A stretch of 32,000 bases of DNA from positions 1,740,001 to 1,772,000 of the forward strand of contig FP565575.1 of assembly GCA_000091165.1 (NCBI GenBank). The letters run 5' to 3'. Under the pieces are notes generated by a model. That model did not search any database. It worked only from the letters and a program-made list of their open reading frames with translations, and had not been told where the DNA came from. The stretch is from Candidatus Methylomirabilis oxygeniifera (GTDB taxonomy: Bacteria; Methylomirabilota; Methylomirabilia; Methylomirabilales; Methylomirabilaceae). The translations under genes and the position numbers were made by a program. Below, piece after piece: positions 1 to 8,097 of the stretch; the stretch's first letter is position 1, and each line of letters begins with the position of its first letter.

Positions 1-197
1 CCAGGAACACGCACATAGTATCCTCCGTCACTGAATGATAGGGCGAGACCCGGAAGCGATTTATGTGGTACGCTCAAACGATGAGGAAGGCGAGGGGGGT
101 GAAATCAGATGCTCCTTCCTATCCCCCGCAAAAGGGGTGCTATATCATGCTCTCCGACAGGAAACGGAGTATCATGTCGAGACATGGAGGGAAGGTC

Positions 198-344
198 ATG
201 AGATTGATGGTGGAACAACAGACATATCCGTACATCACGACGAATCGGAGAATCGCGGGGGGCTCCCCCATCATCAAGGGGACCCGCATCACCGTCCGTA
301 CTATCGCCGGCTACTACCAGATGGGAATGACTGTCGACGAGATA
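198..344 (+). pseudogene. DUF433-family protein, 5' portion, interrupted by an IS element
   Basis: The translation ...YPYITTNRRIAGGSPIIKGTRITVRTIAGYYQMGMTVDEI matches the DUF433 core pattern (GG.P.I.GTRI.V). GGAGG lies 7 nt upstream of the ATG at 198. The ORF runs into a stop created by the first bases of the IS at 345-347. Confidence 0.6.
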
Positions 345-378
345 TGACTGTCAAGACCCCCATTTTCTGTACCAGGTG

Positions 379-1284
379 CTATGAGAGTATCGGTTCCAGT
401 TGGATGTTCAACTCGTCCTCCCAATGGTGGAGATCGGACGCTGTCGTGTCATCGAGCACAGAGGTAACTGGATGAGGCTGACGCCATGCGTGCTCGGTCG
501 CAAACTCTGCCGGGGTGCGATAGCCCAGAGCACTGTGCGGCCGCTCGTGGTTGTAGCTCAGGCGGTACTGTTCGACGAGCACCTGCGCCTCGGTCACACT
601 CGAGAAGCTCTCTCGGTTCAAGAGCTCGTCCTCGAAGCGGCTATTGAACGACTCACTGTACGCGTTCTCCCAGGGGCTTCCGGGTTCGATGTAGAGGGTC
701 TGAACCCTCGAGAGGGCCAACCACTCCTTGACGGCGGTCGCGACGAACTCGGGTCCGTTATCGGAGCGGAGGTACGTCGGCTCGCCATGTACCCGGAACA
801 GCGAGGCCAGCAGTTCGACCACATCCTCGGCCCGGATGCTGCGGGCTACCAGGATTGCGTGCGCCTCTCGAGTAAACTCGTCCAACACCGGCAACAGCTT
901 CAGCCGTCGCCCGTCTTCCGTCTGATCCATCAGGAAATCGTAGCTCCAGACATGGTTCTTGTGCTCGGCACGCCGGCGTCGACAGCCCTGGTCGCTGCTG
1001 CCCAGGCGCTGCCGTTTCCGTTGCGCCTGCGGCACGCGAAGCCCCCCTTGTCGCCAGAGTCGCTGCACCCGTTTCCGATTCACGCGCCACCCTTCCCGCT
1101 GCAAGAGCGCCCAGACCCGCCGATACCCGTAGCGCGGATGACGTCGCGACAGCATGACGAGCCGCTCGCTCAAGGCCTGGTCCCGCTCCCGCTTGCGTCC
1201 CACAAACCGCTGGCTCGACCGCGGCTGGCCAAGCACCCGGCATGCCCGACGCTCGGCGACGCCCAGCCGCTGCCGCACATGCAC
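379..1284 (-). CDS. IS3-family transposase OrfB (rve/DDE integrase core), probably made as an OrfAB fusion
   Basis: WSYDF...DEFTRE...LRSDNGPEF...PGSPWENAYSESFNSRFEDE...YNHERPHSALGY are canonical rve-domain DDE transposase motifs. The frame is -1 relative to OrfA. Confidence 0.9.
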   Translation of the reverse strand: MHVRQRLGVAERRACRVLGQPRSSQRFVGRKRERDQALSERLVMLSRRHPRYGYRRVWALLQREGWRVNRKRVQRLWRQGGLRVPQAQRKRQRLGSSDQGCRRRRAEHKNHVWSYDFLMDQTEDGRRLKLLPVLDEFTREAHAILVARSIRAEDVVELLASLFRVHGEPTYLRSDNGPEFVATAVKEWLALSRVQTLYIEPGSPWENAYSESFNSRFEDELLNRESFSSVTEAQVLVEQYRLSYNHERPHSALGYRTPAEFATEHAWRQPHPVTSVLDDTTASDLHHWEDELNIQLEPILS

Positions 1285-1310
1285 GACAGCGGCCCGCCTC
1301 CGGGTCGGGC

Positions 1311-1589
1311 TCAGAAGTTTCCCTTCGTCACCTCGCGCAGGATACTGAGGTCGACCGCCTGCTCAGCGACGATCTTCTTCAAGCGCGCATTCTCTTTTTC
1401 GAGCGCCTTCAGCCGCCTCGCCTGGCCCGCCTGCATGCCCCCGTACTGGGCGCGCCAGCGATGGAAGGTGTTCTCGCTGATCCCTAAGGTCTTGCTCACA
1501 TCGGCGACGGTGGCGCCTGTGGCCAGGTGGGCGTCTGCGTCGCGCAGCTTCCGGATGATCTGCTCCGGGGTGTGTCGCTTCCGTTTCAT
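1311..1589 (-). CDS. IS3-family transposase OrfA (HTH and leucine-zipper part)
   Basis: MKRKRHTPEQIIRKLRDADAHLATG...FHRWRAQYGGM...RLKALEKENARLKKIVAEQ is the typical IS3/IS407 OrfA pattern. Confidence 0.9.
   Translation of the reverse strand: MKRKRHTPEQIIRKLRDADAHLATGATVADVSKTLGISENTFHRWRAQYGGMQAGQARRLKALEKENARLKKIVAEQAVDLSILREVTKGNF
1317..1323 (-). promoter_or_regulatory. Candidate -1 programmed ribosomal frameshift heptamer G GGA AAC
   Basis: The minus strand reads acg aaG GGA AAC ttc tga in the OrfA frame, which fits X XXY YYZ. After a -1 slip the reading GGG AAA CTT CTG AGC CCG ... GTG CAT GTG CGG runs open into the OrfB frame. Confidence 0.55.
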
Positions 1590-1661
1590 GGAGAGTCCTC
1601 CTGCCCGTGTGGGCGGTTGAGACTCCCATAATACCTGGATCTATTTTAGGGGGTCAGGTCA

Positions 1662-1843
1662 TGACCACCCTACAACACCTGTCGCCGTCACAGGTCCATT
1701 CAGCGTTAGCTTACTATTTCGACCATCAGAAGGAGATCGATCGCGAACTGGAGATCTCGTCTGATGTCAAACGGTGGAAACAACAGGTCGTTCCGCATCC
1801 CAGAGCGGCGACCACGCAGCAGCCAGCTCAACAGACTGCTTGA
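1662..1843 (+). pseudogene. DUF433-family protein, 3' portion
   Basis: (M)TTLQHLSPSQVHSALAYYFDHQKEIDRELE matches the DUF433 C-terminal pattern (YP.L....I.AAL.YY), and it starts directly at the right end of the IS. Confidence 0.55.
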
Positions 1844-1928
1844 TCCCACCACCCACTCCGTTACGTTAGAGACACTGACCCGCGCGGCCCACGCCGTCGA
1901 ACGTCGGGTGAAGCTGGAACTGGTTTAG
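1764..1928 (+). pseudogene. Possible C-terminal remnant of an XRE/HigA-like antitoxin
   Basis: My own translation of a frame not in the track gives ...SSQLNRLLDPTTHSVTLETLTRAAHAVERRVKLELV*. It resembles the usual ...SRLLDP..HS.TL.TL.R.A.ALG..L...LV tail of XRE antitoxins. No N-terminal HTH half is present. Confidence 0.3.
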
Positions 1929-2163
1929 GACGCAAATATGCCCACTCTTGCCCAACGAATTACTGTCGCCTGCGCCAACCGACCGTTCAGCGCCTCAATG
2001 AATGGCAGGACATCACCGAGGCGCTAACAGGGAGAGGGGGGCCAAATCAAATAATCAAAGTGGGCCAAATGAGAGTATCACACTCGCGCATAGACGCGAC
2101 GTGAGCGATCCCAATAATGCCCGCGCGCTTCACGTGCCTGGCAACCGTATCCCAATCCAGGTG

Positions 2164-2192
2164 TTGCGTGACGAGAAGAGTGGTACTATACT
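2164..2192 (+). promoter_or_regulatory. Sigma70-like promoter of the RHH-ParE operon
   Basis: TTGCGT (2164-2169), a 17-nt spacer, then TATACT (2187-2192), about 40 nt upstream of the ATG at 2233. It is followed by the direct repeats GTGTTCTATC/GTGTTATC (2193-2212) and by a CAGGAGG Shine-Dalgarno sequence. Confidence 0.4.
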
Positions 2193-2232
2193 GTGTTCTA
2201 TCGTGTTATCGTAAATACAGGAGGACCACAGT

Positions 2233-2496
2233 ATGCCGCACACGACTACTATGACCGTGAGGCTGCCCGCCCCGGTGAAGGCGCGCCTCGAACAACTCGC
2301 CAAATCCACAGATCGCTCCAAAGCGTACCTCGCAAGCCAAGCCATCCAAGATTACCTGGACGTCCAGGAGTGGCAGGTTCAGGCCATTCAGGACGCCATC
2401 CGCGAAGCCGACTCGCAGAACCCAGTGTTTTACGACCATGAGGACGTGCAGACCACGCTTAAGAAGCTGACCGCCAAGAGACGTAAAACGGCGTGA
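2233..2496 (+). CDS. Ribbon-helix-helix (CopG/ParD-like) antitoxin
   Basis: MTVRLPAPVKARLEQLAKSTDRSKAYLASQAIQDYL is a classic RHH N-terminus. Its stop overlaps the toxin start in GTGA. Confidence 0.8.
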   Translation: MPHTTTMTVRLPAPVKARLEQLAKSTDRSKAYLASQAIQDYLDVQEWQVQAIQDAIREADSQNPVFYDHEDVQTTLKKLTAKRRKTA

Positions 2497-2771
2497 GGAT
2501 CCGTTGGCTGTCCCGCGCCGTAGAGGATCTGGCGCACCTCCATGCGTATATCGCGCAGGACAACCCGGAGGCTGCCGCCAGCGAAGTGGACAAAGTGGTG
2601 GAAGCCGTGAAGCGACTCGAAGACCATCCTGCCTCCGGACGGCCCGGACGGGTCCCGGGAACCAGAGAACTGGTACTCGCCCGGTATATCGTGGCCTATC
2701 GAGTCAAAGAGCAAGTCGTCCAGATTCTCCGGATCCTCCATGCAGCTCGTAAGTGGCCCGAGCATTTCTAA
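2493..2771 (+). CDS. ParE/RelE-superfamily toxin
   Basis: The 92-aa product reads RIRWLSRAVEDLAHLHAYIAQDNPEAA...GRPGRVPGTRELVLARYIVAYRVKEQVVQILRILHAAR, a typical ParE-like pattern. It is translationally coupled to the upstream RHH gene. Confidence 0.85.
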   Translation: MRIRWLSRAVEDLAHLHAYIAQDNPEAAASEVDKVVEAVKRLEDHPASGRPGRVPGTRELVLARYIVAYRVKEQVVQILRILHAARKWPEHF

Positions 2772-3062
2772 CCGGTCCCCCTGAAAACGATCCCTTCCCC
2801 AATAGCCGTAGTACCCGCACTCGGTCCGGTAGTTGTTTTGACAACGCAAAAGGAACCCGCCGTGATAAAGCAAAAGGGACCCACCCATGTTCAGTGGTAT
2901 TCATAGCTGAGGGAAGTGCGGGAGAGCCGGTAGAGCCAGCGCCGGTCAGCCACTTGCTGTTGGACTGTCGACCACGCTAGCTCAAGGAAGACGCTGACGC
3001 CATTGAGCAGGATCGCGAGAAGTTTGAAATACGCCGTGAGCTGTGGTTTTTCCGACGGGCTC

Positions 3063-3082
3063 CTAGCCCAAGTTCCGCAGTT
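3063..3082. repeat. Left terminal inverted repeat of the IS1634-like element
   Basis: CTAGCCCAAGTTCCGCAGTT. The reverse complement of 5142-5161 is CTAGCCCGAGTTCCGCAGTT. Confidence 0.8.
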
Positions 3083-3232
3083 GCCCACTGATTTGGGGAT
3101 ATTTCAGGCATTGTGAAGCGTCAACTCATTGAGATGGTAGCGGCTGGTCTTTGAAAAGCCGATGTAGTGCCGACCACCCTCTTGCGCTCGTTGTGTGCTC
3201 TGGTAGTATGGCGTAGCGCAGGAGGATGATCG

Positions 3233-4033
3233 ATGTATCTGCGGCGGCGATGTCGCAAGAAGAACGGCGAAGAATACGAGTCCTGGGCGCTGGTCGAAAC
3301 GATCCGTACCAGCCGAGGCCCGCGCCAGCGAACCGTGGCCACCATCGGCAAGCTTCCCGGTCTGGATCAGGAAGAGCGGATGGGGTGGGAAGAGATCGGC
3401 CGTGTGCTGGACGGCAAACCACGCCCTCAGCCCGACCTCTTTGCTCCCGACGCCGACGCGCCTCTTTGGGCGACGGTCGATCTCAAGAGGATGCAGATCG
3501 AGCGCCTCCGGCAGTTCGGCGACGTGTACCTCGAGCTCGTGCTGTGGCACCGGCTGGGCCTCGAGGATTTCTGCAATGAGCACATGCCTCCCGGCCGGGA
3601 AGAGATCCCCTGGTCGGTCATGGCCGCCGTGCTCACCCTGGCCCGGTTCTGCGCCCCGTCATCAGAGCTCCAGATCGCCGAATCGTGGTACGCAAAGACC
3701 GCCCTGGACGATCTTCTGGGCGTGCCTGCGGAAAAGATCAATGACGACCGGCTCTACCGCGCCCTGGACAGTCTGCTTCCGCATAAGGACGCTCTGTGCC
3801 AGCACCTGCAGCAGCGCTACGGCGAGCTGTTCGGGACCACCTTCGATGTTCTCGTCTACGACGTCACCTCAAGCGACTTTGAGGGGAGCGGACAGCGCAA
3901 CAGCAGGGCAACACGCGGGTATAGCAGAGACGGCCGGCCTGACTGCGTCCAGGTCTGTATCGGGCTCGTGACCAGCGCCGAAGGCCTGCCGCTCGCCTAT
4001 GAGGTCTTTGACGGCAACCGGGTGGATGTGTGA
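3233..4033 (+). pseudogene. IS1634-family transposase, N-terminal fragment (frameshifted)
   Basis: MYLRRRCRKKNGEEYESWALVETIRTSRGPRQRTVATIGKL... is the characteristic N-terminus. VLVYDVTS holds the first DDE Asp. The fragment ends ...VFDGNRVDV* inside a GTGTG run at 4028-4032. Confidence 0.8.
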
Positions 4034-5040
4034 CCACCGTGGAGGACATCATCGATCTCATGGAGACCAAATACGGCAAGGCCCGGCGGGTCTGGGTCAT
4101 GGACCGGGGCATGGTGAGCGAAGAGAACCTGGACACATTGCGAGTACGCAACGCTCACTACATCGTGGGCACGCCCAAGGCCATGCTCAGGAAGTTCGAG
4201 CGCGAGCTGACCGAAGCTGGCTGGGAAGCGGTCCAACCGGGCGTGGAGGTGAAACTCTGCGCGTCGCCGGACGGATCGAACGAGACGTTTGTCCTGTGCC
4301 GGTCCGAGGGCAGACAGGAGAAGGAGCAGGCGATCCTGAACCGCGTCATGACCCGGCTGGAACAGGGGTTGAACACGCTCAAAGAGCGGGCGGAGAAAAG
4401 CAAGCGCCCTGAGCGGCAAACGATCGAGCGCAGGATCGGCCGCCTTCTGGAGCGAAACAGCCGGGCGGCATCCCTATTTGATGTGACGGTAGAGGAGCGG
4501 ACCGGAGACGAGACGCCGAAGCTTCGCGTCACCATTACGAAGCAGGAAGATCACGCAGGCTGGGCGTTTCAGACCAGCGGCCACTACCTGCTTCGGAGCA
4601 ACTGGGAAGGCCGAGACCCCAAGGCGATCTGGAAGCTCTATATCCAGCTCACCCAGGCGGAAGACGCCTTCCGGACCACCAAGAGCGACCTGGGACTGCG
4701 GCCGATCTTTCACCAGACGACCGAGCGCACCGATGCCCATATCCTTGTCTGCTTCCTCGCGCTGGCTATGTGGCGGACGCTGCAGCAGGGGATGGAATGC
4801 GCGGGCCTCGGCACGGCGCCACGGAAGCTTCTGGAGGAGATGCGGGAAATCAGATCGCTGGACGTGGTGCTTCCGGCGAAGGACAGACAGATCAGGCTGC
4901 GGACCGTTTCCACCGCGCCGCAGGAACTGAAAATCTTGCTACAGCGAATGAACTACCCCGCAGCAAGCTACGGGGTATCAAATGCCAGAACAAAAAACCT
5001 GCGCGGCAAGCCCGCGGGGTATCAACCCTCAACGGAATGA
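4030..5040 (+). pseudogene. IS1634-family transposase, C-terminal fragment
   Basis: TTVEDIIDLMETKYGKARRVWVMDRGMVSEENL holds the second Asp, and YIQLTQAEDAFRTTKSDL is the Y..E..FR..K block. It continues the upstream fragment in the -1 frame. Confidence 0.8.
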
Positions 5041-5141
5041 AACTGCCGCTGCCGAACAGACCGAAAATCATCGAAAATGTAGTGCCGACTTTTGCTGATT
5101 GAGTATGCGAACGTACTGATAATCCAACACTTGGCTTCTTG

Positions 5142-5161
5142 AACTGCGGAACTCGGGCTAG
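5142..5161. repeat. Right terminal inverted repeat of the IS1634-like element
   Basis: AACTGCGGAACTCGGGCTAG, with one mismatch to the left repeat. Confidence 0.8.
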
Positions 5162-5584
5162 CCGAACTCCAGCGCCACAAGTTCCTGAAAAGCCCATTCA
5201 CGAAACCGATCATTTCCGCGTCGCATTCAAGCGGCTCGTCACCTCTCTGAATGCGTCAGAGGGACGTCAGGTCACGCTCGAACTGATTTAGGGCGACGAG
5301 CTGGGTACCAACCAGCGGCGACCCCCCTTGCTATTCGATGCCGACCCCTGAAGCATCTATGACACGTACTGTGCCGCGCGGTTCCTCGTTCCCGTTATCC
5401 GAATCGGCCTGGCGCAAGGTCTGGCACTGGATCACCCCAACGCTTCAAGACGCCATGCGGCAGACTCCCTCGCCTCCCCCCGCAGGTCGTCTGCCCCTGG
5501 AGCCTGCTGCTCAACTGGCTGGCCGTTACACGGCGCGGTCTCTCAGACCTCGAGCAGATCGCAGCGACGACCCGACGCCGGCGC

Positions 5585-5929
5585 TTATGGTCGTTGAGCG
5601 ACAGCGAGCGTCAGGTGTCCGACCGGCTCGGTTGTGGGCTTGACCGTAATCTCGATATCGTAGCCAGGCCGGTTCAGGCAGTCCATTAACTTGCGCTCGG
5701 ACAGGTTGGCGAAGTCGCCACGCAGCAACGTCGAGACCTTCGGTTGCGGAATACCCATGCGTCCGCCGGCCTCTTCTTGTGTCAGGCCGAGCTTACGTAT
5801 GGCGCGGGCGATCTCGATCACGAGGCCGGACTTGATCTTGAGCTTGTCGGTATCGGGCAGGTTCAAATCGGCAAAGACGTTGCCGGAGCTAGGTTCAACC
5901 GCGACGCCTTCAACGGTACGCTGTGCCAT
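5585..5929 (-). CDS. XRE-family HTH antitoxin (HigA-like)
   Basis: NVFADLNLPD...GLTQEEAGGRMGIPQPKVSTLLRGDFANLSERKLMDCLNRPGYDIEI is the typical HigA/XRE antitoxin pattern. Its ATG overlaps the end of the HigB-like remnant. Confidence 0.8.
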   Translation of the reverse strand: MAQRTVEGVAVEPSSGNVFADLNLPDTDKLKIKSGLVIEIARAIRKLGLTQEEAGGRMGIPQPKVSTLLRGDFANLSERKLMDCLNRPGYDIEITVKPTTEPVGHLTLAVAQRP

Positions 5930-6083
5930 CTCGTATCTCCTTCGCGATCATCTCGGCTACGTTGAGTCGCGCGCGAATGATCTCTCTGTCCTTCTTCGGG
6001 GTAGCGACACCGCTCTTGCTCTTCTTCTGGAAGCAGTGCAAGACGAACACCGCTTCCGCGAACGTGACGGTGTAGACCGCCCG
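5910..6083 (-). pseudogene. HigB/RelE-family toxin, C-terminal remnant only
   Basis: My own translation, too short for the track, gives RAVYTVTFAEAVFVLHCFQKKSKSGVATPKKDREIIRARLNVAEMIAKEIRDGTAYR*. An in-frame TAG (6084-6086) comes immediately before it. About 60 nt upstream carries no recognisable N-terminal half. Confidence 0.6.
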
Positions 6084-6465
6084 CTACAAAGAAAGGCGCG
6101 CCGGGGTGTCTACGTGTTCACGATCGAGCGATTTTGGTATTCATGATGACCCGAAACCCGCACCGAGAAACGTCCCCGAAGGAAAAGGATAGGGAGACAG
6201 CAAGATTATCAGGGCTAATGGACTAGTTGGTGGGTCCAAAGGAAAATCAGACGGATGGGTGGAGAAGGGCGATCGGAAACTCCTGGTCTCGCTGCCGCAT
6301 TTCCCCTTGATCTGCGTCTCGCACCTCAGGCCACACCGCCCCTACTGAGCGTCTTTGCGGCGGCCGGTCCGGCCACGGCAGCTGTGATCCGAGGGCTCGG
6401 ACTCGCTGCGTAAATCCTTGGCGCATTCGTGGGGGCTATGGCGCTACAAGCCTGCGAATGCCCGC

Positions 6466-8097
6466 TCAATCAGGCGCAGTTTCCTCCAAATGCGCGAGCG
6501 ACAAGCGATCTAGCTTACCCGTAACGGTGCGAGGCAGAGAATCTGAAACAATGATTTCGTGGGGGCACTTGTACTCTGCGATCTCACCCTTTACGAATTG
6601 TCGGATCTGTCCCACCATCTCTACTTGCCGAGTCAGTCCCTTCCGCAGCACCAAGATAGCGCGGATCCGCTCCCCGCGCATCTTGCCTGAAACCCCAACG
6701 ACGGCAGCATCAAGGACAGCGGGATGCTGCATCAAAACCCCTTCAACCTCGGCAGGGGCAATCTTGTATCCGCCACTGACGATTAGATCGTCGGTTCGGC
6801 TGATATGCCAGTAACGCCCTTCGGCGTCCCGCCGGAATCGGTCACCGGGAAGCGTCCAGCCGTCGCGGACAATCTCCTCCTGAAGATCCGGCCGCCGCCA
6901 GTAGCGGCAACCTGTCGGCCCGCGCAGGGCAATGATTCCCTCCGCCTCCCGTTCCTGAATCTCCGCGCCGCTATCGGCGAGAAGCCGAGCCTCATACAAT
7001 CCAACTGGGCGACCTGTGCAGTCGCCAATTGCTTCCCCTACTCGCTGCGACATCCAGATGTGCAGCATCTCTGTTGAGCCACAACCATCAAGGATCTGGA
7101 CGCCTGTTGTCTCCTGCCATCGTAGAAATGTATCGCGGGGCAACTTCTGGCCAGCGCTCACGGCTAAACGGACGCTCCGCCAAGTGATCCTCTCGCGGCA
7201 AGGAGCCTCTTCCATCAGCAGACGGCACGCGGTCGGTGTGCTGAACAAGATGGTCGGACACTCACGGCGGACCAGTTTAAGCCATTCCGCCGCGTCGAAA
7301 GGGGCTGATTCCAGCAAAACTGACGCACCGAATCGAAGCGGAAAGATCAGGAGGCCGCCAAGCCCATACGTAAACGCCAATGAAGAATGACCAGCAAATC
7401 GATCCTTCGGTTCGGGGGCGAGTACTTCTTGTGCGTAAGTGTCGGCAATGGCCAATAGATCACCGTGCGTGTGAATCGTGCCCTTGAGTGTGCCGGTCGT
7501 ACCCGACGTGTAGGCGACGATGGCCACGTCGTCAACGCTGGTCGGCGCCGGTTCACACGACCCGCTGCCTGCCGTAAGAAACCTTTCGTATGCGCTCTCC
7601 CCAAGGTCGTTCTGCCCGACCAGGATGCACAACCTCGGCACAGGCGCACACGCATCGAAGAGCGGGTAGAGATCGCCGGAGGTAACCACCGATGATGGTT
7701 CGCACTCAGCAAGGATGTGGTGCAGCTCGCGCCGTTTGAGCATCGGCATGGTTGCTACGACGACGGCGCCAATCCTGAGTGCAGCCAGCCACGTTTCGAT
7801 GAACTCCGGAATGTTCGGCAAATGGACAAGCACCCTATCCCCAGGCTTTACACCATTGGCGGCCAAGGCATTCGACAGACGATTGACTCGCTCAGCCAGA
7901 AAGCCATACGTCCAAGTCCTGTCACGGTGTATGATGGCTGGCCTGTTCGCTCGACCAACCCGCAAGTTGGAATCCAACAATGCGGCGCTCGCATTCAGGA
8001 GTCCGGAATAACCCAATATGTGGCGGGCATCCCGATAGGGCCAAAGCCTGGGATCGGGTAGGGCATCGGGGGGCAGTGCATGGTTAACCAAGCTCAC
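6466..8097 (-). CDS. AMP-forming acyl/aryl-CoA ligase (ANL superfamily)
   Basis: YTSGTTGTLKGTIHTHGDL is the AMP-binding signature. GYKIAPAEVEGVL and PRTVTGKLDR (A10 Lys) are also present. The overall pattern resembles benzoate/aminobenzoate-CoA ligases. Confidence 0.9.
   Translation of the reverse strand: MSLVNHALPPDALPDPRLWPYRDARHILGYSGLLNASAALLDSNLRVGRANRPAIIHRDRTWTYGFLAERVNRLSNALAANGVKPGDRVLVHLPNIPEFIETWLAALRIGAVVVATMPMLKRRELHHILAECEPSSVVTSGDLYPLFDACAPVPRLCILVGQNDLGESAYERFLTAGSGSCEPAPTSVDDVAIVAYTSGTTGTLKGTIHTHGDLLAIADTYAQEVLAPEPKDRFAGHSSLAFTYGLGGLLIFPLRFGASVLLESAPFDAAEWLKLVRRECPTILFSTPTACRLLMEEAPCRERITWRSVRLAVSAGQKLPRDTFLRWQETTGVQILDGCGSTEMLHIWMSQRVGEAIGDCTGRPVGLYEARLLADSGAEIQEREAEGIIALRGPTGCRYWRRPDLQEEIVRDGWTLPGDRFRRDAEGRYWHISRTDDLIVSGGYKIAPAEVEGVLMQHPAVLDAAVVGVSGKMRGERIRAILVLRKGLTRQVEMVGQIRQFVKGEIAEYKCPHEIIVSDSLPRTVTGKLDRLSLAHLEETAPD

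Larger units (their letters stand above)
345..1661 (-). mobile_element. IS3-family insertion sequence (IS407-group-like ends)
   Basis: There are imperfect terminal inverted repeats. The left end is TGACTGTCAAGACCCCC...CCAGGTGCTATGAGAGT. The reverse complement of the right end is TGACCTGACCCCC...CCAGGTATTATGGGAGT. The element encloses OrfA and OrfB transposase ORFs on the minus strand and splits a DUF433 gene. I found no clean target-site duplication, only an ATGAC pentamer at 344-348 and 1661-1665. Confidence 0.8.
3063..5161 (+). mobile_element. IS1634-like (IS4-superfamily) insertion sequence with an inactivated transposase
   Basis: It is bounded by 20-bp inverted repeats (19/20 match) and contains a split DDE transposase. 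No flanking direct repeat is evident. Confidence 0.75.

Noticed and set aside
35-475. A 146-aa plus-strand ORF at the left edge that overlaps the DUF433 start.
   Set aside because: It runs in a different frame through the DUF433 fragment and into the IS end. It has a His/Arg/Gly-rich tail and no recognisable pattern.
400-1620. A 406-aa plus-strand ORF antisense to the IS3 transposase genes.
   Set aside because: It is Pro/Arg/Ala-rich and of low complexity. It lies exactly opposite well-supported OrfA and OrfB. This is a typical shadow ORF in GC-rich DNA.
6380-6395. The GGCCGGTCCGGCC palindrome downstream of the ligase gene, considered as a terminator.
   Set aside because: A 1-nt loop cannot form a hairpin, and there is no T-tract. 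It is probably a coincidental GC-rich palindrome.
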